A stretch of DNA of 62,180 nt, counting the filler. It is 3 parts of 3 records of this genome, joined end to end, with 100 filler letters (N's around TTAATTAATTAA, not from the genome) between each part and the next. Parts side by side here need not be neighbours in the genome. Positions count along the whole stretch, not along the records: positions 1 to 28,819 come from DRR378314_1104; 2 more parts are not named here. The stretch is one strand, 5' to 3'. The notes beneath the pieces were generated by a model that made no database searches, had not been told where the DNA came from, and saw only the letters and a list, made by a program, of their open reading frames with translations. Shown piece after piece: positions 13,580 to 26,448 of the stretch. The translations under genes and the position numbers were made by a program. Every line of letters starts with the position of its first letter. Within the stretch, counting starts at the first letter, position 1.

Positions 13580-14918
13580 TTTCTTTTCGGCACAGGTAAC
13601 TTGGGCCGTTCAAGCCTGCCACAGCAGCTGCCGTCAACGCGTGAGCGCGAGAACAACACAACCAAAGGTCGCGCCGTGTCTTGTGCCTGTCAAACGAAAA
13701 TCACCGCCAGAAAATACGCCGCAGGGATACGAATTTCAGTGCGAAGAAATTCTTAATAAGAGTCGAGGTAAAACTTGTAGTTTTTTTAATATTCCTTCGA
13801 GGAATCCGATTGGACTTCCTTAGCACGCGAGCGCTTTTCCTTTTCCCCGTGCCTGCAAGCGAGGCAAGAGATGCGCAGCATGCGCAACGCTGCCGCACCT
13901 CGCAGACCTTCGCTGCCCTTCGCTGGGGCAAGCACAGGCACGCCCTACGTCACGGCTATGCATTGCCTGTCACGCGTAAGTAGTGCGCGTATTTCATCAA
14001 CCCTATGCTTAACCCTATAAAGAGAGCTCGCAGCTTCCAGCAACCCTGGTATTGCACATCGAGCAGCACGGCTGCGCACAGGCACGAGCCCTGCGCGAAA
14101 AGCCAACAGCGTGAAGGGCTGGGGACGGCGGTATCCAAGCGCTACGAAGCCTGTTGTCTGCATCGCAGAGGACACTATTACTCCACAACACCCCACAAGA
14201 GTCGCAGTGCGCCCTGCACCAGTCGATTTTTTGGCTAGCAGTCAAGGCTCTGTTGGGCCGCTCGCGCCCGCACTAGTCGACGGACGCAGCAAAGCGGAGC
14301 AACAAACGCGAGGCAGTGCGGCGACCGCTCTCTTGCTGCGGATACGGTCGTCGCGAGAACAGTTGCCTGACGCCGCGATTTTATCCGTGGCGTTCCAGAA
14401 TTGCAAGCGCGACACACACACACATAGATTTGTCTCGAGACTCTGTCAAACCCGGGGGATGCGTCACAAACGCATACTTCTGCCATCACGAAACCGGAGA
14501 GCTGGTGAACGCGACTTGCGCAGTCAGGTCAGAGCCAAGGTTGTGCTGAGGACGGCCGCCTGCACTGGGTTAGGCTCCAGCAACTCGGTTTCAAAGAGGC
14601 TGCCTCGCAACCAATTTTCGAATCTCTCGTAGCATTAGCGCAGCGCATATCAAGTAATCAATAACGCATCTGACTGTCCCCGGCGGAGAACCGTCTACGG
14701 TACAACCAAAACCAAAACCAAGGAAACCACGGACTGTGCGCTGCGGCGCCCGAGAAGCGCTGACCTTCTCCACTCACCAGGCGATCGACTGCACCCGCAG
14801 CCTCCCCGTCTGCAACACACGAACCTGAGCGACAGCTGCAACCGATTTCCTCCGCACGAATCGCGAACGTGTGTTTATTTTTCATTCCAATACGATCCCG
14901 AAAATACTCTGCGCGGCA

Positions 14919-17886
14919 ATGATATGTACCTCCGTAGCAGGACTTTGCGACATCGGCATCCTCACGCGAATATACTTGATGGCAGCTGCTCTTGCTGCGG
15001 CGATAGGTTGCCCAATGTCGTCTACGTCCACATTTCTTCCCGACGCCAATCCATCGTCACCGCCGCTTCTTGCACTTGATCGAGAGGGCACATGGCTCGC
15101 AATCGTAGTTCCAAATTCTGAAAGTGACGTACACGAATCGATTACCGAACAAAACGCAGAACATGCCTTGTCTATATACCTTTACGCGTCACTTGGAAGT
15201 TCTCCTACGCTGCGTGCATCTGCGAAAGAGGCATCACAACAACCCTATCTGACCAATGTCTCCGGCGTAGCTGTCGCGTCGATAGCAAGCTCTGCAGTCA
15301 TCTTTCTCGGCCAGCCGCGGTTCAGCGCTTCAAACGGCGTTGCAGAGGGACGAATTCTTGCCTACCGCATCGATCAAGAAGCACGCGATCTCCTCGTGCC
15401 ATTCATTGCTTTGCACCCTGGCACAGAGGATTCCGATACAAGACTGAATTTCGCTGAGAAGTTCGCAGTGGACGGCGCCGCAAACGCAATTGTCACCCGC
15501 ACGACAGACCAAAACGGCGAAAACGCCCTATCTGTCCTACACCAGGAAGCGTCTTTGGAGGAAGAGCTGCGTTTGCCGCCGCCAGTTGGCAACGAAAGCC
15601 TGGCGACGCGTGGGCGGGAAAGCTACAGCGTGCTGTGCACCTTCAGCACAACCAATCCAAGCGTCACTTTCGGGTTCGCCGAGTCCCTTGCGTTGTCTTC
15701 CGATGGATACACCCTTGTTGTTCTGAGTGCGACAATAGAAGGCAGTGGGTACGTAACAACATTGTAAATGTGCGCGCAGGATTTCCGAGAATGTGCTCCC
15801 GTGCAGATTTCACTCCGACTTGGAAAGGCTGCCCGCACGCTACACAAACGGAGCTCGCTATCGTAGAATGTTTGCATACTCCATGCACTTGAGAATCGGA
15901 TGGACTGCACGTGCAGTTTGCTAGCCTATGATATTCCCTCTCTATAGAAAGGTTCGAGCGGGTGGTCTTTCAGAAGAAAGAAATGATTGCAGTTCCATCG
16001 CTGGCAAACAAGGCGTACGTCGTAGGGGTGCAGTATTGACCAGAACCTATCGCGCGTATCACTGTTGTCGGGCGCGTTCTTTCAGACTTGTGGAAGTGTA
16101 TTCACGCACACAACACACGCAGTGTTTCACACTTGTGCAGACAATGGAGAGTAACGACACAAATCCTCTCAAGGCAAGCAATATCGCGATGTCAGACGAT
16201 GGAAGTACGATGATCGTGACTGGAAAGAGTAGCGCGCAACCTCTGCATTTTGCAGCGCGAGAAAGGACCCAAGAGTTCAATGATCTGCAGCCTATCTCGT
16301 TCGCATCCCTTCCAAACCTAGCAGCAGAAACCTCTGTCGACGGGACAAGTGTGAGCGTCGGGTCCAGCGTATCTCTCAGCTCCGACGGCAGGTTTGTCGC
16401 AGCGTCGTTTACGTTCTACGACGGAACAGTGTACCGGTCTGGCGCTCTTGTGCTGCGGAAGGAGACGGAAGCAACTGACTTCAGTCCTGGCGGCCAAGAG
16501 GTTTCTATCCGCTTTTACGAGCACATCCTCAAAAGTAGTAGTAGTTTCTATCGTTTTGGTGATCACGTACAGATCACACCTGAGGCCACAAGGATGATTC
16601 TGTCAGGAGGAGTTGCCAGTGGAAGCGGGGGTAAGAAGACTCCAGCAGCGTTCATGTACGCACCGTCGTCGTGCGGAACTCAGGGAACCTGCATGCCCCT
16701 GCCCGGAAGATGTTCCTGTATTCCGGGATACTACTTCTCTAGTAGTACCGGGTCATGTATCTCAGCTACTGCATGCCTACTATGCAGCCCAAACGCGCAA
16801 TGCATTGTGTCGCTTGATCATGAGGTAACCGGGTCGTTCCGTTGCGTGTGCACGGCAGGATACGAGGGGAACGGATTCACATGCGCAGCTCCCGAGCCAG
16901 CTGCGCCTCCACCGCCGCCATCCGTGTTTGACGGTTGGGCATCTGCGCAAGAGACAATTATTGCAGCATTGTTATTTTGCTGCAGCTTGGCTACCGTGCC
17001 ATTAGCACGCCGGAGCGGCCGCCGTCGAGCGATGCACTCAATCCGGCGCGCGCAGATTATGGCGCAGAACAACCTTGCGCAACAGCAACAGCGGTGCCTT
17101 CTCGCTGTCCTCGCATCGCACGCCACCGTGGCGATACCCTTGGCCTTTTCGACGAGCTTGCGTATTCGTGACTTTGTATGGTTAAATTTATACGCTGTAT
17201 TCACGAGCTCGTACGCCATAATGGCCATTTTCAGCGTGTACGCACTAAACGGCCATCAGATATACACTGCAGCGATGTTCCACTACGTTGACCTTGTTTT
17301 CCTTATTTCTCAGCTAGTACAGGCAATCCAGGGCGCTCCACTATCGTATGTCGAGTCTTCATCGTCGACGGCATTTGGGAACTACCGGTTTGTATTTCTT
17401 GCGCTCGCGGCAATTATCATTCCGCGTTGGAACGCAGCAACGTTTCTCGCCAGGTTCGGCGGTGTCGTTGTCGACGCAGATGCAACAAGCGAGCAGACAG
17501 CCCAAATGCTTTTTGCGCAGACGCTGGCGCCCATTCGCTCCGCTGCGCCCCGACGACGAGCGCTGTCCTCGCTGACGAAAGCGGTCATGGAACAACAGCA
17601 CGCGATTATTCTCTATGGACCTGCAGGGAGAATGTGGCTTTGCCTACCGGAGAACTCGCTTGCGCATTTTCCAAGCGTCACTGTTCCTTCGAGTGCGCAA
17701 GTCAGCCCAGGCAGCCCGCATACCGCGTCTCATTCTAACCCCTTATTTCTGCAGTCAAACAGCGACGCGCGACGGCAGCATGGAGTGCAGGACAGGCGGA
17801 GCACTCCAGTACTCGAACATGCGCCGCAGAGCGCGTCCGTTGAACGTACGTTTCTCGACGTGGGCAGCGCATTGGGCGGCAGCTAA
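14919..17886 (+). CDS. Membrane protein: signal peptide, beta-propeller-like repeats, two EGF-like domains, about 5 TM helices
   Basis: Two exons (intron ~15749-16085, GG|gtacgt...ttcag|A). Repeats such as FAESLALSSDGYTLVV and VGSSVSLSSDGRFVAA. EGF-like CSPNAQC...GSFRCVCTAGYEGNGFTC. Pro-rich stalk followed by hydrophobic segments. Confidence 0.75.
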
Positions 17887-18049
17887 TCATGCGCTTACGA
17901 CTGCTCTCGACAAGTGCGCATTCTACCTCTCGGGATGACTCGTTCATACAGAGAACTACGCAGCAATCAATCTGCAAGCGTACTAAATCATCGATCAAAT
18001 TACGAGGCGTCACGCATTTCAAGAACACATGGGAAAGCAGTGCAATGAC

Positions 18050-20954
18050 CTACTGGTCGCTTGAAATGGCGCTGCCAGATGCCGTGTACATCCACGGATC
18101 GCGAATGCGCCGCAACGATTGACCTTCCCTTGCCATCCTATTGCGTACTCTCCAATGTTCTTGTTGCAAGCAGTGCAGGATGTGGCCATCAGCAGCGACG
18201 ATAACCCCCTGTAGCGCGTCGACATCCGCCTGCTTCGCGTCAGGTCGGATGGCATTGCCGTGCTACAAGTGGCGTGTGCAATGGGGATACTCGCAAGGGG
18301 AAAGAGCAATGCGTGCCTTTGATCCATCTTCATTTCCGCACAGCAGAGAAGCAGTTCCTGCGTTCCCGTTTTTCTCGATTGAAGTCTTACGGATGTTGCT
18401 TCATGCACAACCGGGAAATGAAATTGACGCAAAAAATATATGTAGAGTACCCGCAAGGCGCGGATATCTGTCTTGCACCACACCGAGAGCTAGGCCGGGT
18501 ACTCGAAAGCCCGCGCTGGGGGAGCGGTTTCGTGCGGCACTGAAAGGGTCATCTACCTTTTGTACGAGAAGCCCCATAATCACAAGGTGAGGGAGAAGGG
18601 GGAGAGAAAATCGTGCCCTCTCCCACCCATTGCCGCCGTAACAGCCACCTGTCGTGTATTAATGGCCGTCTCCGATACATAGCGGTTACCGGTTCGACGC
18701 CGCAGGAACTTTGCGATGAGAGGAGTGCCGTGTCGTGGCGTCGCGAAAAGCATCGCGCAATGATCGAGGAAAGAGCGCGAGGTTCTCCTCGTATCGCTGC
18801 AGCGTGACGGCAAAGCAAGCGTCACAGCCAGCAGCGAAACACTGAGACACCCTTATGGTGGTACGGGAACAGAAAACCAAATACACTCCATCCTCTGAAA
18901 ATGACGAAAGGAAGTCGTAATTCATTAGTCTTCTGCATGGCTTGCTCTATCGGTTGAGATGATTTATTCGTTGTCAGGATGCGGAGAGGGAAGCGTACCT
19001 TGAGCGCTTGTTCGGCGGCCGCAGCAGCCCACAGTTTTGCGCGGCGTTCCGCTAGAACAGACGCGCAGCGTACCAGCGCTTCAGAGAGTCCGGCAATGGA
19101 TGCCCGTAGAAGAAGCGAACATATATCACGCTCTTCCAGCTCCAGCGTCTGTTCCATGTCAAGTTCTGCAACGCGCAGCAGAGACGGCGCCATGCAAGGC
19201 TTACCAGTCTCATCCTCCCTGGCACCGGTATTGGCGACAGCGTTCGCTTCTACCATCGAGGCTGGTATACGCTCGCGCAGGAACACCAGCGCCTTGGCGA
19301 CGCGCGAGCACGCCTTGGAGAACGCATACGAGTCGTCGGTCGCTAGCTCAAACTCGATTCTCCACTGTAGATACACAAAAATGGGAGGGCCGCCACAGAA
19401 GAACTCAGGGGCGAGTTATCGCATGCGCTACGGTCGTGATCGCCCAGACGCGACAGCGCTCAAACGCGCTTGGACGGTCGCACTCTCTTCTGGCCGAAAG
19501 CTCGCCAGCCGCCCGAGGGCCGCACCGACTCGCAACATACGAAGCAAGGTTACTCTGATCTTTCTTCGCGATCTCCTGGCAGATGGTACAGCAGTTACAC
19601 CACAGTCTCCGGCATACATCAGATCCTGTTGTTGTTGCACAGACTCACTCCACCAGGAAGAGTCGTCTGCATCGTAGCAAACGTACGCGCACGTCAAGGG
19701 CCTGCAGCGCCGCGTCGAGCGCGTAGCGGCTTTCGTCGTGGCAGTTTCCAACGCTGTCCGAAAGAGCCTGCCGGAGCTAAGAAAGTAATACCACCACGGA
19801 GAAACGATCAAGTCGTTCACCTTACTATAAGCAGAGCATAGCATTGCAATGAGGCGCAAAACGAATGCGCATTCGAGCGACGGTAGGATACTGCCAAAAC
19901 TGGCGTCGCAAGAGCAAAAGACTGCGCGGCGACGCCCTGTGCGTCGGCTCGCGGGAAGCCGAGGCGCTTGGCAGCACTTGCAGAGCGTACCTTCTCCGCC
20001 GCCTGGCGGGATGTGCTCGGCACCATGAGGCGGTTATTCGTCGCAAAAGCGCACGAGAATGCAAGAAATGCCGCAAGCTTCGAAACTGCACCACCCGGGT
20101 CCAAGGCACGCGTGCCAATTCGGGAGACCGCATTGGACAGGAAATCAACACCTCGCCAGCAACGGCGGCAACGCTTCCCGAACGCTCCAACATCTGCGCT
20201 CTCTCAGTCTCCCCATCGAAGACAACTCTCCTTTTCGCTTTCCCGATAAGACCCCATAACATACCTGGTGAGAGCTTCGTTTTTCGCAGAAAAGCTGCAG
20301 CGGTGTGACAGGCTTTCACAAATCGATCCGCTTCGCCCGCGGTAGGAGCGTCCGCAGCCTCAGCTCTCTCTGTATCGGGTGCAGTCGCAACGGGCAAGCC
20401 CGAGCCCGCAGGTGCCCACAGGTGCTTTTGCACCCGAAGAAGGATGCGACATACATCGCTATGAACCGCTGTATCACAGTCTGTATCATAGTACAATTTG
20501 TATACAGATGTTACACGTAAGGGACGGAGAAACGCCTGGGAGGGTCGCGCGCACAGCTCTGCAAACAAGGCCGAGACTCTACACGCAGAAGCGCCTTGAA
20601 TCGCTGGCACAGCCGAGATGTTTGAAGGCGCGCAAAACTCACCTTGCGCCGCAGCCGTAGACGTTGAATGCGGAGGCAAATGCCCCACGCTCTCGACACG
20701 AGATGTGTCTGCAATTCGCGCTCGCTTGCGCGCGCCTTGAGGATCCTCCGCGCTACCGTCGTTGCCTGAAGGGAACACGGGTCGCGCGGCAATAGACGGG
20801 GAAAAGGGTCACGCACGCGGCACTGCAGCCCCATCGACGGCGCAGAAACGCAGCGCCTGAGCCGAGCAATCCGTTTTTCGCCGACACTTGTATGCACACC
20901 TCGAGAGGCCCATGCCTTGGCTTGTTCGGCCCAGTACGCGGCCTGGCTGTCCAT
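18050..20954 (-). CDS. Hypothetical multi-exon protein
   Basis: Exon 1 MDSQAAYWAEQAKAWASR|gtgtgc, long open frames at 19825-20778, 19428-19859 and 18822-19376, and a probable last exon ADVDALQGVIVAADGHILHCL...SSDQ*. No family recognised. Confidence 0.55.
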
Positions 20955-21732
20955 CTGCCCACTCGCAAGAAGAGCGCACGCGGTGAGCGGGAGAGCAGTG
21001 CGCGGCGGCCGTGCTGCCTCTTTCACGGCACTTTCTCCGGTAGGGCTACGGAAAGTGCGTTTGAAGTGTGGCTCCGCGACGAACCTTGTCGATCTTGGCG
21101 AAGTGCTCGGCCACCCACTCGCTCTTGCCATGCTCTCACTGCGCTACAAGGCACTTTATGCTCCACAGAGAAAGGGCATTGGATCGGTTTCTCGCGGAGC
21201 TAGGCTTTTGCGGTTGTTAAGGGTTACGTATATAAGCGAGCAGTCTTCCGCACACGCGCACGCGCGATGTCACACGACGGCTCGAGCTCTCTGGGAAGGC
21301 CATGTCCATTTCACGTGTTTACGCGCTGCTTCCCGCTGGCATCTTGCTGTGCCAAGAAAGGACAATGTGAATATGTCGATTCTTATACTTTGGCAACTGG
21401 AGCAGAGCCACGGCTCTGTGTGCAGCACCAGCAATTCGATGGCGCTTGGAGCTTAGCAATAAGGCTGTGCTCAGCATCAGCGTGTGGTGCGGCAAGAAAT
21501 ACCGAGCGACAGTAGCAAACTCGCGACGATACTTCTCGCGTAGTGCAACAACAGCCTTGTATTCACTCTTTGGCTTGACGGTAGAAAGAAAGCGCCGCAT
21601 GGATCTGCTCAATTCTACATCAACAAGTGAAACCAAGGCACTCGTGCTGCCACGGAAAACGTTTCGCTGCGCCCTAGCACAGGCACTTTCACAGCCGAAA
21701 CCGTCGTTGTACAACACGCGCAACAGTAAACG

Positions 21733-21753
21733 CAGCAGCAGCAGCAGCAGCAG
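21733..21753 (+). repeat. (CAG)7 microsatellite downstream of the oxidoreductase stop
   Basis: Directly visible cagcagcagcagcagcagcag. Confidence 0.9.
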
Positions 21754-21789
21754 CAACATCTGTAACAACACAGAAGGGGAGTCAGACCT

Positions 21790-24700
21790 CTAATTACCCA
21801 TCACATGCATAGCCGCACCGCCGAACAGCACCGCGAACGCAGCCATAAGGAGTGCAAAACCACCCGAGAAATACGATGCGCTTCCCGGAATCCCCATACC
21901 TGCGTGAAGATGCGGCAGCAGAGAAGTGAGCGGGAACGAAGTCAAGTGCGCAGAATCGCAGGAAGTTCCAAACGTGTTTAATCGTGCAAGTTGGAAGCAG
22001 CGGACAGTGTCAAGCGCTTTACTAGCTTCTAAATGATACGTGTCAATGCAATGTTTGGAAGCTGCGACCGCGGCAAATCTATTGACGCATGCGGCATGGA
22101 GGTCCGCAAGCTGTAAGCAACAGAAACCTTAGTGCGCGATGGCGCTCGCTGCACCCTCCCTTCAGATATTGGTTTCGCATACAACAGGACCGTGTCAATG
22201 CACGTCAGGAGTCGTAGCGCCTGGTGACGAAAACGTACGTGTTTGATCGTGGAGTGCAGCGGCACGCTCACGCGCCGCTGCGGCTGCGGATGAGCCGAAA
22301 CTCTCCGCCACGCGCAGCGCGGAGAGGCACGCGTTCTCAAGCAGCGGCATGCCGTACAGCGAGTACGATCCGCAAAACCAGAGCCGCGCCGAGCCTTGCA
22401 TCTGCGCAACAGTACGTTCCAAACGACCACGCAGCATGTTTCGGGAAGCCACGATCGTACGCATGTCAGACAGTTATACGCGGGCTAGTGGCAGATTCAC
22501 AGCGTGGGCGCCGAGTTCGCAGCACACGTATTCGCGAGTTGGGACAACGACGTCCAGTCCGTAATTCGCTCCGCGATTCTCGTCCACTGTATCAGCGCGC
22601 GGATAGTGGTAGGCGCACACTAGCGCCGCCACCAGCGATCGCTTCGATGATTTCCCACAGAGCGCTAAAGCGATACCTATTCTTTCATAAAGGGAACTGG
22701 CTGTGCGTTGGCTTGCGTGTGGCCCTTCATTGCACGGAGGATGCGCAATTGCAGCTGCACAGGTACCTTGTCTAGCAGCGCCACGGCTTCGCGCGAGCGC
22801 GAGTCCATCACCGGGCGGTCAAAGCGGCTCTCGGAGATGATTGTAGATTTTCGTGGCTGAACAAGCGGGTTCCACGTCTGCACGATGGGCGCCTCGCTGA
22901 ATTTGCAACATCGAGGGAGCGCAGTGTTACGCATGTTGGTCAATGGGCATGGAGCTTGCTTTGCCCGTTGCAGAGGATGCGCACGGAAACGGGCGCGTCA
23001 GTGATGCAGGCGGCGCACCCACAAGCACAAGCAGCGCAAGGCGCCTCGACACGACGTAAGCGCGACACGTACTTGGCGAGCTTCGGGTGCACACGGTTCA
23101 TCAGAATCGACGCCTGGGGCCAGTTTTCGTCCTTATCGACATAAAAATTCACCGAAGCCCACTCTGGCACACGCAGGCGGACAGCACCAACGCATCCATT
23201 ACAGCCAATGAGTCCAAAAGGAACGTGGCGCATCAGGCGCGCAGTGGACGTTCGGCGGCAGCAGGCACGCTACGCACGGCAACTGCAGCAGTATAACCAT
23301 TTGCCCACAAGCAGGGATATACATACCACCCTACACACGAACCAATACTGACACAAGTACATTGTCCGGTACGGCTGCATGTACGGAGCCCATTTCGAAG
23401 CACAAGGCGATCGATGCCGTCCGGGTACGCCGCGCGCTTGCTTGTGCGAGGCAAAAGTAAAGCAGCAGCACGTCCACACGCGCGTTCTTACCACTTTTCG
23501 AAGGCGGCATGCACGCGGCGTCAGTGTGCATCACAACCGCCGACTGCTCCGAATGAAAGAGGCCGAGGACGCGGCGCTCCTCCGGAATCATATCCACGAG
23601 GATTTCCGCAGCGTGCTGCGGAAGTGTGGCAAAAACAACTTCGTCGAAAACCTCCGCGGTTGGAACAGCAGAGCTTCCTGCTCGCCGAGGAAGCCGATCG
23701 GCGCACGAGCCACCAAGAAACACAAAAGCACCATTCGGTGAGCTTCGACGTACATACGAATGGCGGTTCTGTTGCCACTATCGACAGGTAATGGTCTTGG
23801 TTTCGTTTGCTATTCTCTGTCAGCAACGAAGCGGCTGATACGAGAAACGGCAATTGTCTCCGCCGCGTTGTCACAGAGGTTAGAACAAGCGCATTGCACG
23901 TTTGGCAGCGCCAGTGCAAAAAATAATATAAAATCTTCGCGAGTGTTGCGTGGCGGCAACATCATACGCCACCATCCACAATTTCCAACGCATTCTATCT
24001 CGCATCAGCTCCACATGTATCGTAGCATGTGAACACCGATGACTATGAAACTGCGAGCTTGCAAGCGCGCAAGCCGAACTCGTCTCAGCCGCCCTCGCCC
24101 ACCTCCGTCTCACTCCCACATACAGAGCCGCGTCGTGGAAGCCAAACCGTATGTTTCTCAAGCAACCACACCCTATCACACACTTGAGTTGTCCAAAAAA
24201 ACCATACCAAACCTAGCGCGTAAATATCAGCGGCCGTATCGCGCGCCGCACCTTTTGCCGCCGATGGTGTGTACGAGATGGAAACGCGCTTTCCGTTTTC
24301 CACCCTTTTCACAGAATGCACCGTCGCACCACAATGCACTGCTGCGGCGCGCGATGTCAGGCGAGCACACACTTCTTTTGACCCTCCAATAGCGCGCCGT
24401 ACGCCCTTGAGACTCCTCATCACGAGGTACTCGAGAATAATGTCCGCAGGATACTGGCAAACCGCCACGTTGGTGCACGTCAGCATTGCCGCCATCATTG
24501 GCACGGCAAACCGCTCGGTAAACGCTGTCGAGTATCTACATGTGCAAGCGATGATTATGTGAAGAAATTGGGACAAAGATGTGAGATCTGGAAGTGTAAG
24601 TCGCCTGTGCATTGTGCTGAATCGCGCGAAGGAAACCGTACATGGTGACGAAGAGAGATCACAGCCGTGCCGAACGGTTCCAGTTTCCGGGAAACTTGCC

Positions 24701-26448
24701 CTTTCTGCTTGAGAAATTGCCCGAACGAGATGCCGTGCGCAGAGTCTTCCGTCACAGCAGCGCGAGCGTCGCGAACAAATCTTGTATAGTCCAGTACAAT
24801 TCGAAGTGACCCCGTGCGTCGGAAAAGGTCCAGGGGATTGAGCAGAGGAAGGGACCATGTCCCCAGCAATCTGCACGGCAGGCGCATCAATCGGAAACGA
24901 ACCGCTCTTAGCACGTGCGCGCAGGCACCTGAACGGAAAGAAGCGAAAAGAGAAGCAAAATACCATGCAAACGTACACGTTGAAGTACGAAAAATACTCG
25001 CCCCCATCGTCATAGAATGTTGCCGAGTAGTCCTCTGGTGTGTACTCTATGCCAGTCTCTTTGTAAACACCACACAGTGCACTGTAGTATGTTTCCGAGA
25101 AAACGCGCAGCGGTACGTCAACGCGTAGGTCCTGCAACCGGCCAGGAAGAGCGTTGCGACAAGTGAGTGGAAACAAGCGGACCCGGATGCCAAGGAACGG
25201 CCAGCGAACACTACTTCCCCATGATGCGTACGCATAGAAGTTCCAGCGGTTTAGAAACAATGAGCGAAACAACGGCGTACTCGCACCCCGCGTACACTTC
25301 TCACTCCGCTGGTTCCGCAAGCGCAGTCCCAACTGTTGTCAGTGCGCGCGCTGGTGTATACTCGCACCTCTCCATTACTCAGGCGAATATCGACACCGTG
25401 CGAGTCCATTCCGAGCGTTGCCTGTTTCTCAAACACAGTTACATCGTGATTCTCACCTGCAAAAGTCAAATGTGATGAAACACAGCCCATGCAGACGAGG
25501 TGAGGCGCCACGGCGAATCTGCGAAGCAGGTCGTTTCGGTTACTGTCTCGTCCACACCACTGAGACAGATGCGACGCAGGTTGCCGAGCCCTGTCGTTCG
25601 CATTGGCATACGGGTGTCCGCTGCACAATATATAAAGCATCACATTAAGCAGTCTCCCTGGAACCTGCATGTAATTCAACAAGCCAAACAGTTTGAGACG
25701 CGAGCGCGTTGCTACACAAAGAGAGAACCAGCAGCGTGCGTTGTGATTTGAGGCTCGCTGCCGCTCAGCTTGCACATAGCCCAAAGCGATAGGCCGCTGT
25801 GGGAACCGTGCTCGCTCTTGCCAGGCACCACACACGGGGTGCGGCGAGGCAGGAAAATTCCTTTGAGCGCACGTGCGCTCCAACATTATCACACTCTTAT
25901 AATGATATTCGTTTCCTCATCTGCGGCAACGTGCGTCGTGCAAGGAGGCACCCTGATGCCTCCCTGCACGACGGGTGTGAAGCGAAACCGCGGCAAAGCG
26001 CTCAGGGCGCAGGAACTGACGGTGGCAGTCCCGAAGGTTCGCCGCTCGTCGAGCAGTGCGCGTGTCCGGTGGAGGAAAACGGAAGATGCACGCCACCGCT
26101 CCATTCGATACACTATGCAGTATAAAATCATCCAATTTGGCAAGTAAATACACGGGTCGGTTGGGACCCGGTCTACCAAAGGATAAGAACACGGGGAAGC
26201 AACTGCCCGCTCAGGCGCACGAACAAAGTGCACCACCGCTCGCGGCAAACTCGCGCGAAAATAAGCGGCGCCCCAGCACAAAGCGCGCACGTACTTATAT
26301 ACCATGTCGCCACAAGGCCGGCGATGCCCGACCCAATGACAGCTACTCGCTTCCGCCTTGTCAGAGATGCACTCCGTGACCGAGGGGAATTGATACCGCT
26401 CTGGTATTTGTCAGAGAGCGGGGCGACGCCCGAGCCGACGTCCGCCAT
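21790..26448 (-). CDS. FAD/NAD-binding oxidoreductase (COG2907-like, amine oxidase fold) with C-terminal TM anchor
   Basis: Rossmann motif RVAVIGSGIAGL...VTVFEK, then VDVPLRVF, FLKQKGYSTAFTERFAVPM, FDEVVFAT, VVMHTDAACMP, VQTWNP and LWFCGSYSLYGMPLLENACLSALRVA. The last exon is hydrophobic (FALLMAAFAVLFGGAAM). Confidence 0.88.

Noticed and set aside
18680-18710. GGTTCGA T-loop-like sequence suggesting a tRNA (also at ~1874)
   Set aside because: No acceptor, D or anticodon stems can be formed.
21319-21771. Small minus-strand ORF (MRRFLSTVKPKSEYKAVVALREKY...)
   Set aside because: Lies in the probable 3' UTR/intergenic region and spans a CTG repeat; no homology recognised. It cannot be supported without transcripts.
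25471-25563. C/D-box-like pair (GTGATGA...CTGA)
   Set aside because: Antisense to the host intron, with no terminal stem or recognisable rRNA guide.
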